A DNA stretch of 64,000 nt from Lama guanicoe (GCA_013239625.1 MU056313.1:4898435-4962434); one strand, 5' to 3'. Numbered from the stretch's first letter, positions 25,240-37,286 are shown. Numbers and translations are program-made. The notes: a model not told the origin generated them from the letters alone.

Positions 25240-25985
25240 TCTCTCGATCACATTTCTGACTCCCCAGTTTCTTTCATAGCTCATATCTAGCTAACTGCCA
25301 AATACTCCCAATTGCATTTCATCCCCTTTCCTTCCCATATTCAGATCTCTGGTGTCTCTCATCCCGGTACTACACAGACCTCCTGCTGGGTCTCCCAGCT
25401 CCTGTGCTTTGCTCATTGGAGTCACCCTCTGCATAGGTACCAAAGTGACCTACCTAAGACACATACCTAACCTGTGTCATATCCAGGCTATACTTCTCCA
25501 TGGTTTCCCAAAACTAAAGTTATTTTTAACATAGCATTGAATATCCTCTTTGACTGTCACCTTGTCTGTCTCTCCAGGTTCATCTCCAAATTCTATTCTT
25601 TTCCCACGTGCCATGCTGTTTATTATCTTGACAGTTTTCTCACACTTTCCCCTCTGTTTTGAATGCCTGACAACACTGGGTCTATGTGTGGCTGACTTCT
25701 GTTTATTCCTTAACATTCTTCTCCTGCAAAGCTGTTCCTGCACACCTTCCCTTCTCTGCTCCTTAAGATTTTAGATTCCCATAAGGTCCTCACATAATGA
25801 CTTCCCTGTACACGTCTCCATCACTGCATTTACCCCACTTGTTATAATTAATCACTGCCTAGAAGTCTGTCTCCAAGCTCTTTGAGGATATACTTATGTC
25901 TGTAAGACTTTATGTAGTGCCCATTACATAATAAATGCTCAGTAAAGGTTTGCTGAAAGAATGTTAATATGGTAATGGATGAATA
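25240..25985 (+). mobile_element. LINE-2 3' region with tail
   Basis: ccaaagtgacctacctaagacacatacctaacc...acataataaatgctcagtaaaggtttgctgaaagaatg. Confidence 0.7.
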
Positions 25986-27272
25986 CAAGCTATCTAAACA
26001 GTGGTGATAAAACATGACTTCTGTTGGGAGCCAGCAAAAACTAATGAAACTAATTTAAATAATTAATCTGAGTCAAACCAGACTCACTGAGGTTGCTGGA
26101 GTTTAGAGTATGTGTGGAAGTGGCAGGAGGACAGGGAGAGCTGAGACTGAAAAGGCAGATGGGGCCAAGATGTGGTCAACAAAGGACTGTAAACAGGATG
26201 TGACCTGGTGGATCGGTACTGTATTCAGATGGCTCTGGCACCTTGATTAGAATAGTGGTGGTCGGAACAGGTTTGAGAAATATTTAGGAGAAAAAGTGAT
26301 AGGAATTGTCGATTTGAGAAATGCAGTATTTGTTTGTCTATCATTTATCTTCTGAGTTACGTGTTGAGAAACTTTGGTTTTCATCATTGACATGATAGAG
26401 ATACACCAACCACTGAGTGATGGCTCAGTAACTCAGCCACAGGCATCAGTCATCCCCCAACAGAGCTGATGGGATCGCACATCGCACAACTTCCCCCTTG
26501 GGCCGTAATGAACATTGAAAGGCAAAGAACCAACAGCAAGCATGGTGCAAGTGATGCCTCTCTGCCTGCATCAACTACCCGAATAGCCAACCACACACAG
26601 AACCACAGGTTACTGTCATTGTTGGTTTAGGTATTAAGCTTCGAACAGTCTGCCAACCTCAATTACCTTGCACACTGGTAACTGAGTTTCTTCTGGCAAT
26701 CCCTGTACGAGGTAGTTGAGGTTTGGGGTGAGAGTAAGAAGCACAGCCTGCGAAGAGTTGTTCGGAAGTACCTTGAACCACCACTTGCAAATCGCTGGCC
26801 ATGATTTTAGGATTCAGTTCCTAAATGGGATTTTCGTGTATCAACTAAATCTCCCTTATCCAACTCGACCTAAACAAAATTGGAACATTCTTCAAAATAG
26901 CACAGCGATAAAGAAGGAAACTCCCATTTTTGCCTTTATTTTGAGGGCAACTAAACCCATGGACTCGGGATGTGTAACACGCAAGGGTGTATGTTGAGGA
27001 TGTTGCTAAGTTTATTTTTGATGCTGCTTTTGTACTTAAAATAAATCAAAATGTTTTTGGGTGTTGCCAGGTGTTATTAGTGTGGAAACACTAAAACAAT
27101 AGGAGGTAGATAAAGTAATAAAAAAGGACCATGGGACCAGCCCTAATCATAATCTAAATAATGGGAAATACAATAAAACAAATGAACTGAGAACACCGAA
27201 AATACTCAACAGCATTTCAATTGAAAGAGGCAAGTATTACATTTTCTAAAATGATGTGCGCTCTCCCCGATT

Positions 27273-27412
27273 NNNNNNNNNNNNNNNNNNNNNNNNNNNN
27301 NNNNNNNNNNNNNNNNNNNNNNNNNNNNNNNNNNNNNNNNNNNNNNNNNNNNNNNNNNNNNNNNNNNNNNNNNNNNNNNNNNNNNNNNNNNNNNNNNNNN
27401 NNNNNNNNNNNN
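27273..27412. other. Assembly gap (140 N)
   Basis: Run of N. Confidence 1.
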
Positions 27413-27488
27413 TGGAATTGGAAATTGAGTTCTTTAGCTCTACACCAAGTGATGATATTAAGCATTTTGTTGTATCCACCATGCAGCC

Positions 27489-27660
27489 NNNNNNNNNNNN
27501 NNNNNNNNNNNNNNNNNNNNNNNNNNNNNNNNNNNNNNNNNNNNNNNNNNNNNNNNNNNNNNNNNNNNNNNNNNNNNNNNNNNNNNNNNNNNNNNNNNNN
27601 NNNNNNNNNNNNNNNNNNNNNNNNNNNNNNNNNNNNNNNNNNNNNNNNNNNNNNNNNNNN
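27489..27660. other. Assembly gap (172 N)
   Basis: Run of N. Confidence 1.
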
Positions 27661-29637
27661 GTCGCTTAACAAGTTTCAGAATGCGCTGTGGGTCCAGCGG
27701 GTCTGTGGTGTCCCCCACAGGGCTGCTGACGGCAGCCCTCATAATTAGAACCCATGAATCAAAAACACCAGGTGAAGATTTTGCCCGAGAAGAAAGAGAA
27801 GGCAGATGGCGGGAATTACCGTGCACTTGGACCGTTAAGCTCTTTCATGCAGCTGGATCGCCGGCCAGCCCGGCTGCATGAATGAGTCTGGAGGGCAGTT
27901 TACACAAGTCCAGCCCTTCCTACAACCACGCTTCAAAGTGGCAAAGGGAGCAGAAAATCTCTTCCTTGTCCATTGACTGTAAAACCTCAGCCTTTCTCCC
28001 AACATTTGGCAAAACAGGTAGTAGTGCTGTCTTAGATTTTTTTTTTTTTTAATGCAGAAAATGACTTGGCAATCTTTTCCCAGGAAGGAAAACCCCTATA
28101 ACCTTAAGGGACATGACCTTGAAAGAGATTTGCTGAACTTTAATATGACTGGAGTTTTTCCAACCTTGATGGGCTCTTGATTTTAAAATCTGCCTAACAA
28201 AGGCTCTGCCAGGAAAGCTGTTATTATAAAGATGCTTCTCAATAGAGAGAAGTGGGCTAATTGCAAGCTCTCCAGTAAAACAAAGGAGGGTTTTGAAAAC
28301 AAGTGCAAAATTAACAAAATGTACGACATTGCTCTTATGGAAAAAGCAGCACGAGGGAGAAATGTTTGAAATGGCAGAATGTCTACCATAAATAGATGTT
28401 ATAAAACTTGTTGGAAGAGGCTATAAGAGAGTTCAGATGACTCATAAGCAATTGCCCATTTGACCTTGATACAAATACGGAAATCCATTTGCCATCACAT
28501 TTTCAAACATAATTGTAGACTAAAAAAATTTGTATTTTCCCCTATCGACTTGTGTTGACAGGATCTACTTTAATAACACAATCCAGCCTTATTTCTGTGT
28601 TTATCTTCTTTTCCACTCAGTTGCTTTTGAGATGTAGCAAACTTCACAGCAAAGAGCTGAACAGTAAATTGTGAATTCGTTGGGAGGATTTCCTTTTTGG
28701 CATTACATGACTTTAATGGGAATTTCAGTTCCATTCTGGGGTCAAAATAAAAGTTTCAAAATACACAAGACTTTTCGTTTCCCTATTTATAAGTAGTGGA
28801 AATGGTTTTCATCTAATAAAAGTTCATCCTAAGGGTAGTCCCCTGACCGTCACAATTCTAAGAGAAATATCACACTACATTGTTCCATCTATGACTTACA
28901 TGATAACGGCATTTAATGTCAAATTGTGTGAATGAGTTCAGATTCTTTCGAAAGCATGATTTTATATGTGAACGTGTTTAATATATGTAAGCCAAAAAAG
29001 GGGTAGGCAACACTGCCCGGAAACACTGTTATCATACAGACTAATACAGATCTTTACTGACTCCATCCAAGAAACGACAGAGAAAATTGCATTCTGTCCA
29101 CATGTCCTCAGAGGAGCAGTGCCTGGAGGACACATGCCTTAATCTTGCCTATTAAGTAAATGAACGTTCTTGAGAATCCACAGTTAAGCAAAAACACAGC
29201 AACGTCCACTGCCTGCTTTTGTTCTAGTACTAGTCAGGCCAGACATTCTTCTGTCTGGTTTGAGCTTCATTTGGAAGCAATTAAGTCTTTTATATTCGAT
29301 ATAATAAGGGTCTCCAGTGCATGGACCACATTTGCCCTGAGCATCAGTTGTTTAAGGCGTGATTGAGTAAAATTGCATTCACACTCAACAGAGTTCCAGA
29401 AGACAGCCAATTCCTTATTGTTCCATGCAGTTTCCTCTCTCCTTTCTTCAAGTTATCGGGCAGGCAGAGAGAGTGGGGAGTAAAAGGGAGGCCACAATGA
29501 CTAACTACTCTTATTTTTATTTCTTTTCTGGGACTTATATTCCAGCATCAAAATGGTCAGAAGTCACGTTAAGGAAAGGAATTAACACATCGTTTAAAAT
29601 ACCACGCCAGAGGCCCAATTTTATTTTCCTGCTTCAT

Positions 29638-29780
29638 TTTTTAAATTGATTTTATTTTTTGGTGGTGGGGAGGTAATTAGGTTTACTTATTTATTTACGG
29701 TTAGAGGAGGTACTGGGGATTGAACCCAGGACCTCAAGCACACTAAGCATGTGCTCTACCTCTTGAGCTATACCCGCCCC
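29638..29780 (-). mobile_element. tRNA-derived SINE, camelid (Vic-1-like)
   Basis: Minus strand GGGGCGGGTATAGCTCAAGAGGTAGAGC (A box)...GGGTTCAATCCCCAGTACCTCC (B box)...taaacctaattacctcccc, A-rich tail; TSD tgcttcat at 29630-29637 and 29782-29789. Confidence 0.9.
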
Positions 29781-30950
29781 TTGCTTCATCTATTTTTTTA
29801 ATCATGATTTTCATTCTGCTTGTAATTCAATCTTTGCTATTATGAGTAAAATCAAAAAAGGTAGAAACTTCAAAAATTATTTTAAATTTTCATGATTTTA
29901 TGAAGTGGGAACATATGAAGGATTTAAAAGGATTCATAAAATGTATCTTGTACATATGGCAATAGAAACAATACAGACCGAGGCATAAAGACAACAGAAA
30001 CTTCAGTAGCTGAGAGACACCCATGTTTCTTGCAAACAAAACAATGACGTTGAAGACACGGTTCTTCTATTCAAGGCGATTTGCTCATTTGTAGTTCACC
30101 TATCTTACCTAGTTTCCGGCTTTAAAAACTGGCCATTTTAGGGTGACTCTCTTCCTAGGAAAACTGGATCACTCCCTTTTCAGGATTTCCAGGCATTCTG
30201 TACATCTGTACCTCTAATAGGGGCATTTTTCGTGTGTTAATGCAATCATTCTTTTCCCCCCATAGTTGTGCCCACAACCAGACTCAGTGGCTGGAGGACA
30301 GGAGGCTGCTCTCATTCATCGTTGAACCTCAGGACCCAGTAAAGGCTCTGACACAGAGAAAGCAGGAGAAGGTCACTTGCCTCAAAATATCACTAGACAT
30401 GTCCATTCTAGAGGAATATTCTCAGTGAGAGCTGAAGACGGCCTCCTCATTCCTCGAACACAGATTAAGAAGAATACAAGTCCAGTCCAGGACCATTTCT
30501 TGATTCTGGAAGCCTCTGATTGGTTTTAATGGTCTTTGCCTAAGAATGTTAAGAATTAACTAAGAAAGGAGAATGATAAATGTCTGATGGGATGGATGCG
30601 TTTACTTCCATCATCTTTGCTTCTCTGTTAAGAAATTTGTTATTTCTTTCTACTCATAAGTCGTCAAATTTCTCTTTATATTTCCTTTCTTATCCTTGAA
30701 GACAAGTGTCGTAGTTTGTAACTTCCACTGTCTCGACTTTAACCATGGGAGAAACTAACATGATAACTGATAGGATGAAACTAAATGGTAACTGATAATA
30801 TGTACAATGCAAATTAATTATTATTAGAATTTGCTTCCAAAAAAGCATCACATTAAAGACACAATCTTGAAAATGTTCTTAGGAACAATTTTTCATCTAA
30901 TGCTTAGCAAATCAGATTGTTTGCCCTAAGTGGAGAAAAATGAGCCACTT

Positions 30951-31361
30951 AATTTTATTTATTTATTTTAAAAATTAGATCCCATTTGTTTATTTTCACT
31001 TTTATTTCCATTACTGCAGGAGCTGGTTCACAAAATATATTGCTGTGATTTATGTCCAAGAGTGTTCTGCCTATGTTTTCCTCTAGAAGTTTTATAGTAT
31101 CTGGTCTTACATTTAAGTCTTTAATCCATTTTGAATTTATTTTTGTAGATGGTGTCAGAGAATGTTCTAATGTCAGTCTTTTACAGGTAGCTGTCCAGTT
31201 TTCCCAGCACCACTTACTGAAATGTCAGTCTTTTACAGGTAGCTGTCCAGTTTTCCCAGCACCACTTATTGAAGAGACTGTCTTTTCTCCATTGTATATT
31301 CTTGCCTTCTTTGTTGTAGATTAATTGACCATAAGTGCATGGACTTTCTATCCTGTTCCAC
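30951..31361 (-). mobile_element. L1 ORF2 internal fragment with own A-rich tail and TSD
   Basis: Antisense L1 ORF2 (tctggtcttacatttaagtctttaatccattttga; ccagttttcccagcaccactta); flanks aaaaatgagccactt (30936-30950) and aaaagtgagccacctt (31362-31377). Confidence 0.9.
31169..31272 (+). repeat. 52-bp tandem duplication inside the L1 fragment
   Basis: 31169-31220 and 31221-31272 are identical except for one C/T. Confidence 0.95.
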
Positions 31362-31544
31362 AAAAGTGAGCCACCTTAAATACTACCCTGTCAGCATCCC
31401 AACAGAGTTCAGGCCTTGCTTTACCTCTAAACATCAAAATGAATAACAATTGGAGTTGGCCAGAGGTGGAGCTGGTGGCAAGCAGATGGGATACAGTCAG
31501 AATGAAAGGCTCAGAGACATTTTCTACACGGTACCAAGAAACAG

Positions 31545-31730
31545 TGAAACAGTATTGGCGATGTAGCCAAACAGCATCCCTTCAGATCCTGGCTCCTCCC
31601 CTTCCTAAGTGTGTTTCTTTGGGGAAATTTCCGTTCATGAAATTGGGGTAGTAAGTAAGGAGATGTGTGTAAAGTGCTTGGCTCTGTGCTTGGCATCTAG
31701 CAAGGGCTCCTTAAGTCATTACTTTAATGA
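31545..31730 (+). mobile_element. MIR SINE
   Basis: ttcagatcctggctcctcccctt...gtgtaaagtgcttggctctgtgcttggcatctag. Confidence 0.7.
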
Positions 31731-32839
31731 TAAGCAAGAAAATAAAAGATCTACCATTCATCAAGGGCTTAGTGGCTAACATGATGCTAACTGCTTAACA
31801 CATATTATTGAAAACAATCACTCAAGATCAGAGGAGACCAAGGCAACAATAAACTTCAAATTCAGATCCACATGGTCTCCCTCATTAGACCTCTCTTCAA
31901 AGGGGACACAAGAGCTTCCCACGTGATAAAGGTAATTCTTATTTGTCACAACATTCTTCAATACCTAGCAAGCCCTTTTTCGGTCCGTGGCAGCTGAAAG
32001 TAGATTTATCTCTGTGCACTTTTACGATATCTATGGTTCTCACAAAATACCATGGCCGTTGGTGCCACGTGACTGTGCAACAGAGGCCATATTTCTGTAG
32101 ATAACAGTTTAAAGTGTGTAGGTTTCAACATGAATAATCATTACCAGGCTGTTTTTTTTCACACAGGAGAGTTCTCTGAGAATTCAACTGGTGTACCATC
32201 TTCTCCCCCTTTTGCTTCTCATGGTTTGGCACAAGTATGGAATCACAAAAACGATGTGATAATTTCGGACGGAGGTTTCCTTTTTCCTTTCCTTTGTTTT
32301 TAACGACCGTTTCTTATGGTTTAACTTAAACATGGAGGCACAAAGGGGAGGCAGTGATCTCAGACAGAGTCTTTTCCTTACAGTGAGGAGTCTTTCTAGC
32401 CCTCGTGGCGTTAGTTTATCCTCGGGCTTTGCTTCATGTATATATGATGACACTTGAGTCACACTTGTCAATGAAAACAGTGCCCCTGCTCCCACAGCAG
32501 GACACTGTAAGACCGTCCCACTTTCCTTGGAAACAGAACATGCGTGCGTGTGTGTGGTATGTTCGCGTATGTGTTCATACTCATTATGATAACATATGTA
32601 AATCCAAGGCCAACTTGCTGCCGAGTTGTGTAGGTATCCCACAGCTGGCCTACCTCTCTCTGCATCCTGAACCAGCCCAGGGGACCATCGGGAGACGGTC
32701 TGAAAATACCTGGGACTTGCGGGGGTCGTGACCGCTGGCACTACCATAGGATTGCTGTATCGTGCTCTCTGGTTTCCCTTATTATGCTTTTAAAAATGCC
32801 TCCTTTAGCTGCAGAGAAATGAATTTATTTATTGTCATC

Positions 32840-33250
32840 TACCCACGGATCTGCTTAGAACTGTCTTCTGGCCTTTTCACACACCATTCAAAACACCATC
32901 TCATGGCTCCCACTTCAAGTGTATCCCCCCTAATTCAATATTCAGCTCAGAACTCCTCTCCTCTTCAGCATGTCCTGACTAATTCCTTTTAACTTTTGTC
33001 ACTCAGCACTTGGGCACATCCCCTGTGCATTTCCATACTCATTTTATGCTTTATCATGAAGTACTATGGATGCATTTATTTGTACTCTCATTAAATTATT
33101 TCAGGAGTACATGTCATTGCTCCAAACACGTTTTAAGTTTCTAAAGGCCAGATGATACCTTTCAAGTTCACCTTAAAACAATTTATTCCCCACACCTTAG
33201 GCCCCATTACAATACTCCTTACACACTCAGCAGAAAGTGTTAGTTGAATA
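32840..33250 (+). mobile_element. LINE-2 fragment
   Basis: aattcaatattcagctcagaactcc...ttttaagtttctaaaggccaga...tagttgaataa tail. Confidence 0.45.
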
Positions 33251-33399
33251 AACTTTAAAATGGCTATGGGCAATGGAGTAGCATGTGTGTATTTTTTAAT
33301 CATGAATTATCTCATGGGATAATTACCTCTTGGCCTGAAATAATACAACCCCACATGGGAAACAGGCAGGGAGTATTTACCCAGAGGTTTTTTATTTTT

Positions 33400-34650
33400 T
33401 AAATGAAAAATCTTACCCATAAAAAATTTTTTTTAGAGAGTGAAAATTCAAAAAACAATGAACTTGATGCCCAGGAATTCACAGAAGGAAATACTGCGAA
33501 AGGACAAAACGTAAATCATTGGAAGGCTTTCCAATTCATTTAACAAGGCTGGACTGACTGTAAAACAAACACACAACAGAGAGAAGAACAAACCCCAAAA
33601 CTGTTCACCCACGTTACTTGTGAATATAAGGCAGAGAAACTATAAATAAAATACTGGCAAATCCAATCTAACAATATAATGAAGAAAAGGCTATGAGGAA
33701 ATAGGTTTTATTGTGCGAATGCAGAAAGAATGAGAATTCAGGTATTTGATTAATATAATATATTGAGGAGGTCAGGGACAAAAATAACATGATTATTTTC
33801 ATAGATACTGAAAAAGCCTTTGGTAAAACTGACCACTCATTTCCAACTAAAATCAAAACAAAAACTCTGTAAACATAAAGAAGATATATCCCATAAGTAA
33901 TAAAGGGCACATTTCAGAAAACTACAGTTCACTTAGTGCTAAAGTAAGAGAACCATTTCCATTAGAGTAAAGAACGGCACAAGAAAGGCAGCCATAGCAA
34001 TATGATAAGAAAAGCAAATTTGAAGTACAAGTGTTGAAACATAAGAGCACATTTTTGAAATGCTATGATTTTTATCTTTAAAGAATCATCTGAAAAAAAC
34101 TAGAAATGTAGAGTCCAATGAGTTAGCCAAATTCAATTTTAACATACTAAAAGTAATAATTGGTTAGAAAATAAATTATAAAAAGAAAACTCATTCACAA
34201 TAGCAACAATAACTATGACCACCACAGATCTAGTAAATTAAAATTTACTTAAAAATTATGCCAGCTAAAGTTATATATATATTTGTTGTTGTTCTGAATA
34301 TTCAATAGTTTAAAGGAAAAAAAAAACTCTTCCCATGAAATCTAAAAGCTAAATGCAATTCTGATAAAATTTTAATAGAACACGTGTAGGGTGAGAGCAA
34401 AGATAGAAGAATCCTGAAACTCATCTGGAAGAGGAGCTACATGACCATAACCATGAAAAGGAGGAACAGTGCCAACGTACAGGGAGAAATTCCCTTACTA
34501 GATTTTCAAATGTGTTATAGAGACACAGTAAATGTCTCTACAGACCTAGAATAGCGTGGTAATGCCGCAAGGATTGGTCACTAAAGCACAGAAGAAAACA
34601 GTGTAGTCAAAAGAGACAGATACAAGATAGGCATTTGCTATATGGTTTAG
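33400..34650 (+). mobile_element. Ancient L1M ORF2 (reverse transcriptase) remnant
   Basis: 33786 onward translates NMIIFIDTEKAFGKTDHS, matching L1 ORF2p HMIISIDAEKAFDKIQH; A-rich strand, heavily decayed. Confidence 0.8.
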
Positions 34651-34654
34651 AGTG

Positions 34655-34712
34655 TATACGCACATACACACACACACATACACACACACACACACGTATA
34701 TTATATATACAT
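34655..34712 (+). repeat. (CA)n/(TA)n compound microsatellite
   Basis: Direct reading. Confidence 0.9.
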
Positions 34713-34761
34713 ATTTTTTAAACTGAAGTAGAATTGATATACAATATTATAGGTTACAGAC

Positions 34762-35533
34762 AGAACCTAACACCTCTAAGGATGGCTATCATCAAAGAGA
34801 ACACAAATAACAAATGTTGATGGGATGTGGAGAAAAGGGAACCCTTGTACACACTTGCTGAGAATGCAAATTGGTGCAGCCACTATGGAGAACACTATGG
34901 AGATTTCTCAAAAAGTTGAAATAAAAACTACCGTATGAACCCACCAGGAGTGGCCTGGGTATATATCCGAAAAAAACAAAATCACAAATTTGAAAATNNN
35001 NNNNNNNNNNNNNNNNNNNNNNNNNNNNNNNNNNNNNNNNNNNNNNNNNNNNNNNNNNNNNNNNNNNNNNNNNNNNNNNNNNNNNNNNNNNNNNNNNNNN
35101 NNNNNNNNNNNNNNNNNNNNNNNNNNNNNNNNNNNNNNNNNNNNNAACGTGGATGGACTTGGTGGGTATTAAGCTAAGTGAAATAAGTCAGAGCAAGAAG
35201 GACAAATACTGCATGATATCACTTATATGTGGAGTCTAAAAAATGCAACAAACTAGTGAATTTAATGAAAAAGAAACAGGCACAGACATAGAGAACAAAC
35301 TAGTGGTTACAAGTGGGGAGAGGGAAGGAAGAGGGACAATATGGAGGTAGGGGATTAAGAGGTACAAACTATTATGTATAAAATAAGCTACAAGGATATA
35401 TTGTACAACATGGGGAATAGAGCTGATATTTTATAATAACTACAAATGGAGTATAACCTTTAAAAATTGTGAATCACTTATTGTACACCTAAAACTTATA
35501 TACACCAATTGTACTTTAATTAAAAAATAAAAG
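34762..35533 (+). mobile_element. 5'-truncated L1 (ORF2 C-terminus, 3'UTR); contains a 148-N gap at 34998-35145
   Basis: [20 protein letters not shown]2 remnant; aattggtgcagccactatgga; gcatgatatcacttatatgtgga; A-rich tail. Confidence 0.93.
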
Positions 35534-35628
35534 TATAAGACAATAAAATCAAAATTACAATATAAAATTGAAAACATGTGCCAAGGAACCAGAACTGGTA
35601 GAAGACTTGCTATTCAGATATATCTCAG

Positions 35629-36107
35629 TATGGTGGCTCTGTCCGGTGTCAACTTGGCAAAGCTGGAACTGTACTTCCCAAGATTCACTTCCCTGTATGG
35701 TTCTGGTTTAGAATTGGCAAAAAGGGAAAACTGATCAAGATTTGGAAGGTAAAAGGGAAGCAGCAGCCTTTGCTCTCTGAAGAGCAGTGTGGTTAGAAGC
35801 TGTTAGAACAGAGGCAGAGGTGACAGTGGACTCCAGTTTGTCCTTATTTCCCAGCTCCAGTTCTTCTCTTAACCGCTGGCCATGCTCACCAACAGCAACG
35901 CCAGGCCCACCACCGGATGCATGAATGAAACCTCCATCGATCTGTTCATTACCTCCGGAAGCTGGATGTGCTTGGTTTCAGGGCTGGCTCTTCCTCCAAG
36001 CAGCCCTGCTTCTGCCTTGGTTATGGCAGACTGAACTCCTATGATAATCCGTTACTCCACGGCACTGACAGTGGCTCCACCAGCCTGACTGAACCCTGAC
36101 TTGCACA
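35629..36107 (+). mobile_element. ERVL-class solo LTR (LTR33/LTR41-like)
   Basis: gtgtcaacttggcaaagctggaact...ttccctgtatggttctgg...gaaccctgacttgcaCA; exact 5-bp TSD CTCAG (35624-35628, 36108-36112). Confidence 0.8.
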
Positions 36108-36744
36108 CTCAGTAAAAACATCCACCAGCCTAGGAGGGGGCTGCCTGTAAGCAACTTTTGGATAAAAACAGAGAAGGTTACAGAAACAGAGGTAATTTTA
36201 TTCAGAGAAATGGATGCTACTTACATGAACTAGCTTTCTCTTTATATTTCTTTGTGAAAGGTGAAGAGTGAATTAAATTTCGTGATCCAGCTCAGAACGA
36301 AGATTCTGAGGACGCTCGTCTCGCCTTCTGCTGAGGGTGTCTGAGCAGAGGATGAAAAGACTTATTTCTGGATCAAATTCTGACTTTCAAGTCAAAGCTG
36401 ACTAATGAAATGGAAGCAACAGAACTATGAGAAAGTGGCCATCCCATCACAAAGACCCCGAGTCAGGCCAAGGACATAGGGCAGGACCAGGCGTAGGGCC
36501 TAAATGGCAGGAAAACTTTTTATTTTTAATCAGATAAAAAGTTGATCATCTTTCGTGTTCTGAGTCTCTGAAAGGGTAGACAGATCAAAGAGGAGACTTC
36601 GCAAAAATGGAATTCTAATAATAAAATTACCAACACTATCATTTCTTATAGTGAAATTACTAATACTAATATAAATGCCTATACACAAGCAAATATTGAT
36701 TCAAACTGAAAATAAGAAAAATTTGTTAGGTAGGTGGATGTGAT

Positions 36745-36965
36745 TTGTGAAGAAAGCATTAGATTTGAGATCATCCTTTTTTTTCCCCCTGCCTTTGAAG
36801 TACTGTGGAATTTTTAGCAGTTCACTTACTTTCAGAGAAACTCAGATTCTACATCTATAAATAAAGAGATATCTATATAGTAGAAATTCTGTCAGCATTG
36901 AGCTAGGTAATTTATATGAAAATACTTTAAAACTGTGTTATATGCTCTATAAACAAGTGCTATTA
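36745..36965 (+). mobile_element. MIR (degraded)
   Basis: ctcagattctacatctataaa...atatgaaaatactttaaaactgt. Confidence 0.5.
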
Positions 36966-37286
36966 AAGGAAACATTATGCTACACAGGGGATATAAGTTG
37001 TAAAAAGAGACTTTTTCCCCCCATGGGTTTATTATCAATTTCTATAAAAAAATGAAATGCAGAAATGAAATGAAATATGAATAATACCTGATATATAATA
37101 AAAGTTTAATTTAAACTGTTGAGTGAACGCTTCCTTTTTCTCTTTTGGTTTGGCTCCTGGGCAGAAAGAGAGAGCTTAGTTCCAGCATAAGTGAAGAGAA
37201 CGTCAAAGGAAGTTTAACTGTGTTATAGTAATGAGCCAAGGCTCCTGTCCCAAGTCAGTTGTGTTTTAGAGTACAAAGATCAATTG

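Noticed and set aside
26709-26730. gaggtagttgaggttt resembling let-7
   Set aside because: Only the seed matches; no let-7 precursor hairpin seen
27217-27826. Stack of long ORFs (also 8174-8596 and 34935-35177)
   Set aside because: Open only because N-runs contain no stop codons
29706-29780. tRNA-like sequence
   Set aside because: Head of a SINE with tail and TSD; not an intact tRNA gene
31052-31324. 90-aa [35 protein letters not shown]
   Set aside because: Antisense reading frame of L1 ORF2, a common source of spurious predicted proteins
32184-32747. Longest ORF in the track (187 aa, minus)
   Set aside because: No recognisable domain, non-ATG start, runs through low-complexity stretches; length not exceptional for six frames of 64 kb
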